A stretch of DNA of 64,000 nucleotides from contig JANWJS010000028.1 of the NCBI GenBank assembly GCA_025451845.1, positions 28,189 through 92,188 on the forward strand. Direction: 5' to 3'. The notes below the pieces were generated by a model. It worked only from the letters and a program-made list of their open reading frames with translations, was not told where the DNA came from and ran no database searches. A program made the position numbers and the translations under genes. Source of the stretch: Steroidobacteraceae bacterium. GTDB taxonomy: Bacteria > Pseudomonadota > Gammaproteobacteria > Steroidobacterales > Steroidobacteraceae. Within the stretch, counting starts at the first letter, position 1, and every line of letters begins with the position of its first letter. Of this stretch, positions 42,085-51,343 are shown piece after piece.

Positions 42085-42697
42085 CGTCTTCCCGTCCCTG
42101 AAGGGAGGGGATTTCCGTCCTCTGGAGGCCGACGTTCCAGCCCGAGACGAGGATATGGATAGCAGAGTTGATGTCCCGGTCATGCCAAGCACCACAGCTA
42201 CCACAAATCCACTCTCTTACTACGAGGTCTTCTCGACCTTTTGGGCCGCCGCACACACCGCATGCGGAACAGACCTGCGTGGTCATTCGCTCGTCAACCT
42301 CGATGTATTCGGCTCCGTGCCTGATGGCTTTGTAGCGGACTTGCGATCGAAGCTGCGACCAGCCGGCATCGAGCACGGACCTGGCCAGGCTGGTCCTGGC
42401 CAGTGCACAGAAATTGACGTTGCCGACGCAGATGCGCCGGTTGCGGTGTGCATCCCGCGAGACGGCAAACTGCTTGCAGACCGCCTGCACGGTGTCCGAG
42501 TGCAGCCCGAGGAGCTTACTGCTACCGCAGGTGAGCTTGATCAGATCGAAACCCGAGGGCCAGTGCCTGTTGTGTCGCCGGGCGGCTTCCTGGATCTCGC
42601 CGCAGTAGTTCCAGACGTAGTGCACCGCCCGAGCTTGTCGGAGAAGATGCCGGCCGGTGGTCGCATCCTTGATCCGGTAGCGATAGGTCAGCACCAT
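42041..42697 (-). pseudogene. tnpB: Internally deleted TnpB (218 codons, in-frame)
   Basis: N-terminal YRYRIKD..VWNYC joined directly to ICVGNV..DAGW..TTQVCSACG..REWICGSCG..HDRDINSA; no RuvC-I GxD region. Confidence 0.88.
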
Positions 42698-42960
42698 GGC
42701 AACATCGTGCTGGATAGATGTCATAGAATCAAGATAGACGCTAAACATTTTGCAGGAATTTTCACGCCTGACTTCGCATCCGCAATGACAGGCATCACCA
42801 ACATGTATGGAACAATGCGACTGGGCGGCGGCTTGCAAGACGCCCACCGCCGATGCTCGAGAATACGTCATCCCCGGCATCGCTCTGCAACGGTGAAGGG
42901 GAGTCACAGAGCGCCTCCTCCTCGCCCTGAACGGCGAGGTTTCCGGCGCGGGGAGTTCAG
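42081..42960 (-). mobile_element. Non-autonomous IS200/IS605-family element (no tnpA, deleted tnpB)
   Basis: Subterminal hairpins at 42091-42110 and 42920-42939, right end TTAA, insertion 3' of TCAT, no target duplication; removal restores the hisF/hisIE ATGA overlap. Confidence 0.88.
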
Positions 42961-43641
42961 ATGAACCAGACAACGGCGCCCGGCCCTCTGCTCGCGCTCG
43001 CGGACATCGCCACCCTCGACTTCGACAAGAGCGGCGGCCTGCTGCCCGCGGTGGTCCAGCACGCGCAGGGCGGCGCCGTGCTGATGCTGGGTTACATGAA
43101 TCGTGACGCGCTGCGCGAGACCTTGACACGGCGGCGCGTCGTCTTCTTCAGCCGCAGCCGCCAGTGCCTCTGGGAGAAGGGCGAGACCTCCGGTCATACG
43201 CTGGAGCTGGCCGGCGTGCGCACCGACTGCGACCGCGACTCCCTGCTGGTCACCGCCATTCCCACGGGACCCGTGTGCCACCTCGGCACCGCCACCTGCT
43301 TTGGCGACGCCGCGCCCGCTACGGCCGACCGCCTGGCGTTCCTCGGTGCGCTGGAGACCGTGATCGCCCAGCGCATGGCCGATCGGCCCGAGGGCAGTTA
43401 CACCGCCCGGCTGTATGCCCAGGGGCCCAAGCGCATCGCGCAGAAGGTCGGCGAGGAGGGGTTGGAAGTTGCCCTTGCCGCCGTGGCGGAAACCGATGAC
43501 AAGCTCGTCGCCGAATCCGCCGACCTTCTCTATCACCTCCTGCTCCTCCTCAAGAGCCGCGGCCTGCGGCTCGAGCATGTCCTCGCGGAGCTCGAGTCCC
43601 GGCATGCCGGTCGCACGCGCGCCGCCGCAAGCGAAGACTGA
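42961..43641 (+). CDS. hisI: Bifunctional phosphoribosyl-AMP cyclohydrolase / phosphoribosyl-ATP pyrophosphatase
   Basis: VLMLGYMN, WEKGETSG, DCDRDSLL, CHLG..CF, KVGEEGLE, DLLYH. Confidence 0.95.
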   Translation: MNQTTAPGPLLALADIATLDFDKSGGLLPAVVQHAQGGAVLMLGYMNRDALRETLTRRRVVFFSRSRQCLWEKGETSGHTLELAGVRTDCDRDSLLVTAIPTGPVCHLGTATCFGDAAPATADRLAFLGALETVIAQRMADRPEGSYTARLYAQGPKRIAQKVGEEGLEVALAAVAETDDKLVAESADLLYHLLLLLKSRGLRLEHVLAELESRHAGRTRAAASED

Positions 43642-43937
43642 GTCGGCCGCGCCGGATTGCCAACACCGCTCGGCTGCACGGCTGCGTCGACGGTCCGCTT
43701 GGTACCAGGAGCACTTCCGGATGGCCTACACGGATGGCGCGCGGCTCTACACGGCGGCGGTCACTTTCACCTTCTGAGCCTGCCGGGCGCCCCCCGCATC
43801 CGGACCCTGCTTCGCGGGCGCAGCCGCCTCTGCGGCCCGCGCTGTAGCCGCGCGGCGACGGTTCCTGCTCAGGAACGATTCTTGATGCGCGACAGAGCCT
43901 CGCTGCAGGCGCCGTCGCGCGGATTATCATCGAATCG

Positions 43938-45332
43938 ATGCGTATCGTTCCCCTGGCCGCAGTCGCCCTTGTCGCGCTCTGCTCCTGCGCGCAACTGCCG
44001 CGGGTCAATGAGCACCAGCTGTTGCAGGAAGCCTCCGGCTCCCAGCAGATCCGGGTCTACGGCACTCGCGGGCCGCTGTCCGCGCGCCAGGCGCGGAGAG
44101 TTCTCGCCCGTGTCAATGCCCAAGCCCCCGATGCCGATGCGTTCGACCGCGAGCTGGCGATCGAGCAGGTCATTGCCGAAAGTCCGCTGTATGCCGGCAA
44201 CAACGTTCAGGTTCTACAGGACGGCAAGCAGACCTTTCCGGCGATGTTCGCCGCCATGCAGGGGGCGCAGCATTTCATCTATCTCGAGTACTACACCCTG
44301 CAGAACGTGCAAAGTGGCAGCCACAAGCTCAGCGATCTGCTCGCGGCAAAGAGCCAGGCCGGAATCCGCGTCCGGGTAATCTACGATGCCGTCGGCTCAC
44401 TCGGTACCCCGGCGACATTCTTCGCACGCCTGCGTGATGCCGGCGTGCAATTCGTACGCTACAACCCGATCAACCCCCTGAAGGGGCCCATGTCGCTGAA
44501 CCAGCGCGATCATCGCAAGATTCTGGTGGTCGACGATAGGCTGGCCATCGTCGGCGGCGTGAATCTGAGTACGACGTACGAGAGCGTGCCGCCGCTTGCC
44601 CACGCGCTCGGGGGCAAGCAGCAGCCGCTGCCCAAGTCCGGCCAGCCCGTCTGGCACGATGTCGATCTGGAGATTCGCGGCCCGGCCGTGCCCCAGCTCT
44701 CACGGCTCTTTCGCGCGCACTGGCTCGAGCAGAAGGGCCCGCCGCTGCCACCCGACGTTCCCGCCCGGATGGCACCGCAAGGCAAGGACATCGTGCGCGT
44801 AGTCGGCAGCAGCCCGACCAAGCTCGCCACCCGCTACTACGTGTCGGTCCTCACAGCCATCCGCTCGGCACAGAGCAGCATCTGGATGACGGCCGCCTAT
44901 TTCGTGCCGACCCGCCAGGAGCTGCATGCGCTGCGAGCGGCTGCCCGCCGCGGTGTCGACGTCCGTATCCTCTTGCCTTCGCACAGCGATGTCGGCGCCA
45001 CGCTTGCCGTGCAACGCTCCTATTATCCCGAGCTGCTGGCGGCCCATATCAAAGTCTATGAGCGCAGCGACGGCATCGTCCATTCGAAGAGCATGGTGGT
45101 GGATGATGTCTGGTCGCTGGTCGGCTCATCCAACTTCGATCAGAGAAGCATCCTCTTCAACGACGAAGTCGACGTCGTGGTGCTCGGCAACGATACGGCG
45201 AACCAGCTCCGCGGGACCATACTGACCGACATCCAGCATGGCAAGCGGATCGGCTGGGATATGGTGCGCCATCAAGGCGCTCTGCAGCGGATGCGGGGCT
45301 GGTTCTGGAGATTGTGGCAGCAGCTGTTGTGA
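43938..45332 (+). CDS. Cardiolipin synthase / phospholipase D family protein
   Basis: Two HKD motifs (HRKILVVD, HSKSMVVD), lipoprotein-like N-terminus. Confidence 0.88.
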   Translation: MRIVPLAAVALVALCSCAQLPRVNEHQLLQEASGSQQIRVYGTRGPLSARQARRVLARVNAQAPDADAFDRELAIEQVIAESPLYAGNNVQVLQDGKQTFPAMFAAMQGAQHFIYLEYYTLQNVQSGSHKLSDLLAAKSQAGIRVRVIYDAVGSLGTPATFFARLRDAGVQFVRYNPINPLKGPMSLNQRDHRKILVVDDRLAIVGGVNLSTTYESVPPLAHALGGKQQPLPKSGQPVWHDVDLEIRGPAVPQLSRLFRAHWLEQKGPPLPPDVPARMAPQGKDIVRVVGSSPTKLATRYYVSVLTAIRSAQSSIWMTAAYFVPTRQELHALRAAARRGVDVRILLPSHSDVGATLAVQRSYYPELLAAHIKVYERSDGIVHSKSMVVDDVWSLVGSSNFDQRSILFNDEVDVVVLGNDTANQLRGTILTDIQHGKRIGWDMVRHQGALQRMRGWFWRLWQQLL

Positions 45333-45346
45333 GCCGCGCCGGCGGA

Positions 45347-45901
45347 TCATTGCGGCGAGAGACGGGCCGCTTTCTCTTCGGCCAGGTAGGCCTCGTCATT
45401 GCGTCCCTGGGCGCGCAGCGACGCCGCGATGAGCTGCCAGGCGGATGCCTGGGCGCGCGGGTCGCCGCTGGCCAGATAGAGCGCCTTGCGCCCCATGCCA
45501 TACGCCTGCGCCGCGTTGCTCGCGAGAATGTTCTCCCGCCCCAACTCGATCCACACCAGCGGATTGTGCGGCTCGATGCTCAAGGCGCGCTCCAGCGTCT
45601 GCGCCGCCACCCCGAAGTTGCGGCTCTGCTCCTGCGTGTGCGCGTCCGCGACCAGGGCGGCCGCTGCGGCGCCTAGCGCGAACTGCCGCTGCTGCGGCGC
45701 CTGTTGCTCGGGCGGTGTGGCCGCGGGCGCTCCGGCGAAAGGCGCCGGCTGTGCGGCCGGCGCGCCGGGCTGCGGCGCCTGCCGCTCCCGGGTTTGCGGA
45801 TAACCGGCCGTGTTGCCCGCGGTCTGCGCCGGCGGCGGACTCAGCAACGCGCAGCCTGCCACCAGTCCACCGAGCACGAGCGCACCGAACATCAGCTTCA
45901 C
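45347..45901 (-). CDS. TPR lipoprotein (possible LpoP-like PBP1B activator)
   Basis: Lipobox LVAGC, Pro/Ala linker, TLERALSIEPHNP TPR; directly downstream of mrcB. Confidence 0.7.
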   Translation of the reverse strand: MKLMFGALVLGGLVAGCALLSPPPAQTAGNTAGYPQTRERQAPQPGAPAAQPAPFAGAPAATPPEQQAPQQRQFALGAAAAALVADAHTQEQSRNFGVAAQTLERALSIEPHNPLVWIELGRENILASNAAQAYGMGRKALYLASGDPRAQASAWQLIAASLRAQGRNDEAYLAEEKAARLSPQ

Positions 45902-45915
45902 GGCTTCCAACCCCC

Positions 45916-48270
45916 TCAATGCACCAACTTGTGTACCCACTGCCCGGCGCGCTCCAACAGCGTCCCCGCCGTAGTGCCGGTTCCGCACCCCGGCATCGGC
46001 GGCACTTGCGTGCCCATCGGCAGAGCCACCTGCACCGGCACCGCCCCCGTGCAACCGGGCTGCACCCCCATGCCGGTCTGATAGTCGATCCAGGTTTCCG
46101 TCACCCCCTCAGGCTCCGGCAGCTCGACTGAGGGCGCGCCGAGTGCAGCCATCAGATGGGCCCAGACCGGCAGCGCACCCTCCGAGCCCGTCAGCCCCGT
46201 CGGCTGATAGTGATCGTATCCCACCCAGACTACCGCCAGATCGCCGCCCGAGAACCCCGCAAACCAGCTGTCGCGGTCCTGTGAGGATGTGCCGGACTTG
46301 CCCGCTGTCACGAGTCCGGGTGGCAGGACACGCAAGGCGGCCCGTCCGGTGCCATGCGTCATCACCTGCTGCATCATGCTCGCAACTTGATAAACGTCTG
46401 CTGAAGGAGCGACCTGCGTGACCTGCAGCGGGAAGGCCTTGAGCGTCTTGCCGTCAGCGCTGACGACCCCCTGCACGGCGCGCAGCGGCGTCCGGAATCC
46501 CCCGTTCGCGAGCCCGTTGTAGAGCTGTGCGACCTCCAGCGGCGAGATGTCGATGGCCCCCAGCAGCATTGCCGGCACTTGATCCGGCGCTTGCTGCAGT
46601 CCGAATCGCCGCAACGTGTTGGAGATCTTATCGAGACCAATGTCCATGCCGACGCCTACGGTCGCATCATTCAGTGACTCCGCGAGTGCATAAACGACCG
46701 GTACCGCCCCATAGTTGCGCCGCGTAAAGTTCTCCGGCCGCCAGTACCGTCCGTTGGCGAGCTTGATGCTGACCGGCTGGTCCTGAATGACGGTGGCTGC
46801 GTTGTAGCGCCCTGTCTCGAGCGCCGTGAGATAGATGAAGGGCTTCACCAGCGATCCGATGGAACGGCGTGCATCCAGGGCACGATTGAAGCCGTCGAAG
46901 TCGACATTGCGTGCGCCCACCAGGGCAAGTACGTCACCACTCTGCGGCGATGTGACGACAAGCGCTCCTTCCAGCTTCGCGCCGCGGCGTTGATGCCGCT
47001 TGTCGAGCGCCCGCAGCTGCGTATCGAGGGACTGTTCCGCCAGCTCCTGAGCACGGGGCTGGAGGCTGGTATAGATCCGCAGTCCGGCTTCCGTCAGCTC
47101 CTTTTCCGGATAGTCGCGCTGCAGCGTCCGGCGCACGAGGTCGAGGTACGCCGGATAGTAGGCCCCGGAGGCCCCATGAGTGACCCCGAGCGGCTGACGC
47201 TCGGCGGTCTGAGCCTGTTCCGGCTTGACGACACCCTGCTGAGCGAGGATCTGCAGCACCAGGTTGCGCCTGGCAAGCGTGCGCGGCGCGTGCTTGCGAG
47301 GGTCGTAGTAGGTCGGTCCCCGCACGATCGCCACCAGCGTCGCGATCTGCGGCAGGTCGAGCTCCGCCAGCGGCTTGCCGAAGTAGAACTCGCTCGCCAG
47401 CCCGAAGCCGTGAATGGAGCGGTTGCCGTCCTGCCCGAGGAAGATCTCATTGATATAAGCGTTCATGAGATCGGCCTTGCCGAAGTGCGCGGCCAGGGCG
47501 ACCGCCATGATCGCCTCGCGCGCCTTGCGTCCGAGCGTCTGTCGGTTCGTGAGGAAGTAGCTCCTGACGAGCTGCTGGGTCAGCGTGCTGCCGCCCTCCT
47601 CGATGCGGCGCGAGCGCAGATCGACCCAGAGCGCCCGTAGGATCGCCAGCGGGTCGACGCCCCGGTTGGTATCGAAGCTGCGGTCCTCTACGGCTTTCAA
47701 CGCTGCCGGCAGGAGCGGGGGCACCTCTTGCGGGGTCACCACGATCCTGTCGACCCCGTCAATGGGGAAGAGGCTGCCGATGAGGAGCGGATCGAGCCGC
47801 GTCACCGGCACCTCCCGGCCCGCGCTGTCGCGCAGGTCCTGGATGCCCGTGGGACCGAAAAGGACCGACAGCACCTGCGCCGGGCGGCCGCCGTCGGCGA
47901 ACTGCACGGCGCGCATCGCGACATCGATGCGAGTGCCGGTCGCGCGATAAGTGCCCGGCTGCTCGAGTTCCGTCACCGAGTGGTAGGAGAGACGCTGCAA
48001 TTCGTGCTCGAGTTGCGGCGCCGAGAGCTCGAGCCCCGCATAAAGATCCAGAGGCGCGGCATAAACGTGCGCGGGCAGCGTCCATCGTAGACCTTCGAAG
48101 CGGTGCGTGACCAGCAGGTCCAGGTAGTAGAGGTAGGCGGCGCCCGCTGCCACGCTCGCGAGCAATGTCCCGACGAGAATGCCGCCCAGCCCCCAGCGGG
48201 CCGCGGACCTTTTCCGACCTCTGGGTGGGGTGGTCCGCCCGCCCGAGGAACGCCGCGCCGAGCTCTTCAG
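45916..48270 (-). CDS. mrcB: Penicillin-binding protein 1B
   Basis: EDRSF, GGSTLTQQLV, RKAREA glycosyltransferase motifs; SLVK, SLN, KSGT transpeptidase motifs; start CTG 48270 inferred, first TTG 48165. Confidence 0.92.
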   Translation of the reverse strand: MKSSARRSSGGRTTPPRGRKRSAARWGLGGILVGTLLASVAAGAAYLYYLDLLVTHRFEGLRWTLPAHVYAAPLDLYAGLELSAPQLEHELQRLSYHSVTELEQPGTYRATGTRIDVAMRAVQFADGGRPAQVLSVLFGPTGIQDLRDSAGREVPVTRLDPLLIGSLFPIDGVDRIVVTPQEVPPLLPAALKAVEDRSFDTNRGVDPLAILRALWVDLRSRRIEEGGSTLTQQLVRSYFLTNRQTLGRKAREAIMAVALAAHFGKADLMNAYINEIFLGQDGNRSIHGFGLASEFYFGKPLAELDLPQIATLVAIVRGPTYYDPRKHAPRTLARRNLVLQILAQQGVVKPEQAQTAERQPLGVTHGASGAYYPAYLDLVRRTLQRDYPEKELTEAGLRIYTSLQPRAQELAEQSLDTQLRALDKRHQRRGAKLEGALVVTSPQSGDVLALVGARNVDFDGFNRALDARRSIGSLVKPFIYLTALETGRYNAATVIQDQPVSIKLANGRYWRPENFTRRNYGAVPVVYALAESLNDATVGVGMDIGLDKISNTLRRFGLQQAPDQVPAMLLGAIDISPLEVAQLYNGLANGGFRTPLRAVQGVVSADGKTLKAFPLQVTQVAPSADVYQVASMMQQVMTHGTGRAALRVLPPGLVTAGKSGTSSQDRDSWFAGFSGGDLAVVWVGYDHYQPTGLTGSEGALPVWAHLMAALGAPSVELPEPEGVTETWIDYQTGMGVQPGCTGAVPVQVALPMGTQVPPMPGCGTGTTAGTLLERAGQWVHKLVH

Positions 48271-50852
48271 AGCACCAGCTCCTCGGCGGGTTCGCGCAGG
48301 TTGTAGTGTGAGCTCATGCAGTGGCCGTAGGCGCCGGTATTGGCGATGAGGATGACGTCGCCCTCCCGGGTGGGCGGCAGCATGCGGTCATGACCGAGGA
48401 CGTCCGCACTCTCGCAGATGGGACCCACGATGTTGACGAGCTCGGTGGCCGGCTCCGCCAGGCGGGTGAGATTGGCGATCTCATGGTATGCACCATAGAG
48501 TGCCGGTCGGATCAGGGAGTTCATGCCCGTTGCGATACCGATGTAGCGCACGTCGTCCTTGCTCTTCAGTTGCGTCACCCGCGCCAGCAGCACCCCGGCG
48601 GCGGCCGCCAGATAGCGACCGGGCTCCAACCAGAACTCCAGCCGCGGATGCTCCGCGCGCACGGCGGCGAGCAGCGTGTCGAGCTTCGCGATATCCAGGC
48701 CGGGCTGATCGGTGCGCTCCGGAACCCCGAGGCCGCCGCCGACATCGATCACCCGCACGGCATCGAAGCGCTGCGCGAGACCCGCCAGCTGCCGGGCCGT
48801 ATGCTGCCAGGTGGTAACATCGAAGATGCCGCTGCCGACATGGGCCTGCAGGCCCACGATGCGCACATCTGCCTTGCGCGCTTCCTGCGCCAGCCGCTCG
48901 AGGTCCGCAACCGGCATGCCGAATTTGGCATGCGCACCCGCGGTGCGCACGTGATGGTGGTGCCCAGCACCCAGGCCGGTGTCAATCCGCACGAAGATCT
49001 CACGGCTGCGGAAGAGACTCCCCCATTCAGTCAGAGCGTGTAGGTTGTCAACCGTTACCTGTACGCCACGCTCAACCGCCCACGCATACTCCTGGCGTGA
49101 GGCGAAGTTGGGTGTGTAGAGCACACGGCGGGGGTCGAGATCTGGAAAGAGGCTGAGGACGCGCTCCGCCTCGTTGCGTGCCACACACTCGAACTCGATC
49201 CCCTCTTGCCGCACCGCCGCGAGCAGCGCCGGATGCGGGTTGGCCTTCATGGCATAGTGCACCCGCGAGATCGAGCTCATGGCGCGCAGCGCACGCGCCG
49301 CAGTGCGCACGGTATCGAGGTCGTAGAGGTAAGCTGCGTCTCGCTCGCCGAGCGCCGCCAGCACCTGCGGGCGCTTCTGCCGCCACCACGGCGTGGCTCG
49401 GGCCGCCCGGTCCGTGGGCTTGGCAAAGAGCTCCTGCCAGGTGGGCCCGAGCACCCGATCGCCCGGCACCGGCCGGATGAGAAGCTCATGCAGCTGGTCG
49501 ACCAGCCTGTCCCCCTGCTGCTCATCGACGACGAAAGTGAAGTTGAGGTCGTTGGCGGCCTGGCTGACCAGATAGATCTTCTGTTCCTCGAAGAACTCGA
49601 ACGCGCCGCCCAGCTGATGCAGGATCGCGCGGATGTTGCGTCCGACGAGGCTCACCGCGGCGCAGGGGCCTATCACCTGCACGCGGCAGAGGCGGGACAG
49701 ATCGCTCACCAGACCCTCGAGCAGAGCCTCATCGAGCGTGTTGGCCGCGGGGTCCAACGAGACCGTGACCGTCGTCTCCGATGTCGAGACCAGATCCACC
49801 GACATGCCATGGCTCTTGAAGACCTGGAAGGCATCCGCGAGGAACCCCACCTGATGCCACATGCCCGGACTCTCGAGCGAGATCAGGGTGATGCCCTTCT
49901 TGGTGCAGACCGCCTTCACCTGCGCATTGCCCTCGCCCCCTTCCGCGCTGAGCACCGTGCCCTCGAGGTCAGGCGCCTGGGTTGCGTAGATATGCAGCGG
50001 AATCCGGTATTGGCGCGCCGGCAGGATGCAGCGTGGGTGCAACACCTTGGCGCCGCTCGTGGCAATCTCCTGCGCCTCGTCGTAATGCAGGGAGCGCAGC
50101 AGGCGCGCTGTCGGCGTCGAGCGCGGATTTGCGCTGAACATGCCGGGCACGTCGGTCCAGATTTCCAGCCGCCGTGCGCTCAGCTTTGCGGCGAGATAGG
50201 CCGCCGAGGTATCGGAACCGCCCCGGCCCAGGAGCACCGTGTTGCCTTCGGCGTCACTGGCGATGAAACCCTGAGTGACCACGATGGGCGCGAGGCTCGC
50301 CAGCCGCTGCACCAATGCTGCATCGGGAACGAAGCTGCATGTGGCGTTGAGCATGCTGGCCTTGGCGGAGGCGTTGGCGCGCTCCTCCGCGAGCAGCATG
50401 GTGCGCGCGTCGGCCCAATCCGCTTCCAACCCTTGGGTACGCAGGAAGCGCGCGCCGAGGTCGGTCGCCATGAGCTCGCCGCTCGACATGACACGAGCGC
50501 GGGTGCGGTCGCTCACCTCGCCGACGAGAGCGATGCCCGCCGCGATCTGACCCAACTCCGCGAGCTGGCGCTCACAGTCTGCCCCCAGCGGGATGTCGAG
50601 GTGAGCGGCGAGCTCGCGGTGCCGCTCCGCGATGAGCTTGAGCTCTTCCTCCTGCGCCTCGCCCCGTGCGGCGGCGAGGAGCTTCTCCAGCCGATCGGTG
50701 ATGCCCGTCACCGCGGAGTGCACGATGAGCACTCGCGCGCCCTCCGCGCGCCGCGCGGCGGCGACTTGGGCAATGTTGCGCCAATTGGCGAGGGAGGAGA
50801 CGCTGGAGCCGCCGAACTTCAGGACGATCCAGTCGGATGCGGTGCGAGTCAC
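48267..50852 (-). CDS. Bifunctional aspartate kinase / diaminopimelate decarboxylase
   Basis: VLKFGGSS, LGRGGSDTSA, ACT domains, then YAMKAN, HVGSG, EPGRY, GPICESAD. Confidence 0.93.
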   Translation of the reverse strand: MTRTASDWIVLKFGGSSVSSLANWRNIAQVAAARRAEGARVLIVHSAVTGITDRLEKLLAAARGEAQEEELKLIAERHRELAAHLDIPLGADCERQLAELGQIAAGIALVGEVSDRTRARVMSSGELMATDLGARFLRTQGLEADWADARTMLLAEERANASAKASMLNATCSFVPDAALVQRLASLAPIVVTQGFIASDAEGNTVLLGRGGSDTSAAYLAAKLSARRLEIWTDVPGMFSANPRSTPTARLLRSLHYDEAQEIATSGAKVLHPRCILPARQYRIPLHIYATQAPDLEGTVLSAEGGEGNAQVKAVCTKKGITLISLESPGMWHQVGFLADAFQVFKSHGMSVDLVSTSETTVTVSLDPAANTLDEALLEGLVSDLSRLCRVQVIGPCAAVSLVGRNIRAILHQLGGAFEFFEEQKIYLVSQAANDLNFTFVVDEQQGDRLVDQLHELLIRPVPGDRVLGPTWQELFAKPTDRAARATPWWRQKRPQVLAALGERDAAYLYDLDTVRTAARALRAMSSISRVHYAMKANPHPALLAAVRQEGIEFECVARNEAERVLSLFPDLDPRRVLYTPNFASRQEYAWAVERGVQVTVDNLHALTEWGSLFRSREIFVRIDTGLGAGHHHHVRTAGAHAKFGMPVADLERLAQEARKADVRIVGLQAHVGSGIFDVTTWQHTARQLAGLAQRFDAVRVIDVGGGLGVPERTDQPGLDIAKLDTLLAAVRAEHPRLEFWLEPGRYLAAAAGVLLARVTQLKSKDDVRYIGIATGMNSLIRPALYGAYHEIANLTRLAEPATELVNIVGPICESADVLGHDRMLPPTREGDVILIANTGAYGHCMSSHYNLREPAEELVL

Positions 50853-50999
50853 AACAGTATTCCGCAGGGGTAAGCGGCGGCGAGGGCGGCCACCGTGTGA
50901 GGCCCTCCCGGGCCCAAAATCGACGATAGTCGAGCAGTCCCCCGAGACGGCGCTCTAGGCGCTGGCGCCCGGCCGTCCTGCTCGCGTCATGCAGCGCTG

Positions 51000-51215
51000 T
51001 TACGGCTCTTCGTCGAAGTCGCGGAGGTCCTTCTCGAGCTTCTTGTCCGCGAGGACTTCCTCCAGCCGGCTCCACGCGGCCTTGCCGCGCTTCACCTGGT
51101 TGCGAACGCGTTTGTCCACCCGGTCGAGCAGCCGGTCATAGTCGGTGCTGTCCTCGGTGGCCCCGCTCAAGAATTCCTCGTCGAGATCGAAGCTCTCGTT
51201 GTCTCGTTCAGACAT
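51000..51215 (-). CDS. Small acidic conserved protein (PA3496-like)
   Basis: 71 aa, RLEE.L..KKLEKDL.DF motif, host-like codon usage. Confidence 0.55.
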   Translation of the reverse strand: MSERDNESFDLDEEFLSGATEDSTDYDRLLDRVDKRVRNQVKRGKAAWSRLEEVLADKKLEKDLRDFDEEP

Positions 51216-51343
51216 CTAGCGGCGCAAATCCTGAGTTAAATCAAAGAGTAAGTGCGTTACTGGCACAGAGCAAGGCAGCGAACTATAGCGGATTCCCGTC
51301 CGAGAGCAATATCTAGAACGAAGGAGGAGGAATCGCTCCCGGC

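Noticed and set aside
42081..42960. IStron (group I intron-IS chimera) or CRISPR-associated Cas12f
   Set aside because: No recognisable group I core, the element lies at a gene junction antisense to the operon, and there is no repeat-spacer array.
42155..42964. 269-aa plus-strand ORF across the IS element as a cargo gene or tnpA
   Set aside because: Mostly the antisense shadow of tnpB; no HUH/Tyr transposase motifs, and its end is simply the translated left-end hairpin.
50853..50999. Lysine riboswitch upstream of lysCA
   Set aside because: No recognisable conserved lysine-aptamer motifs and the space is short.
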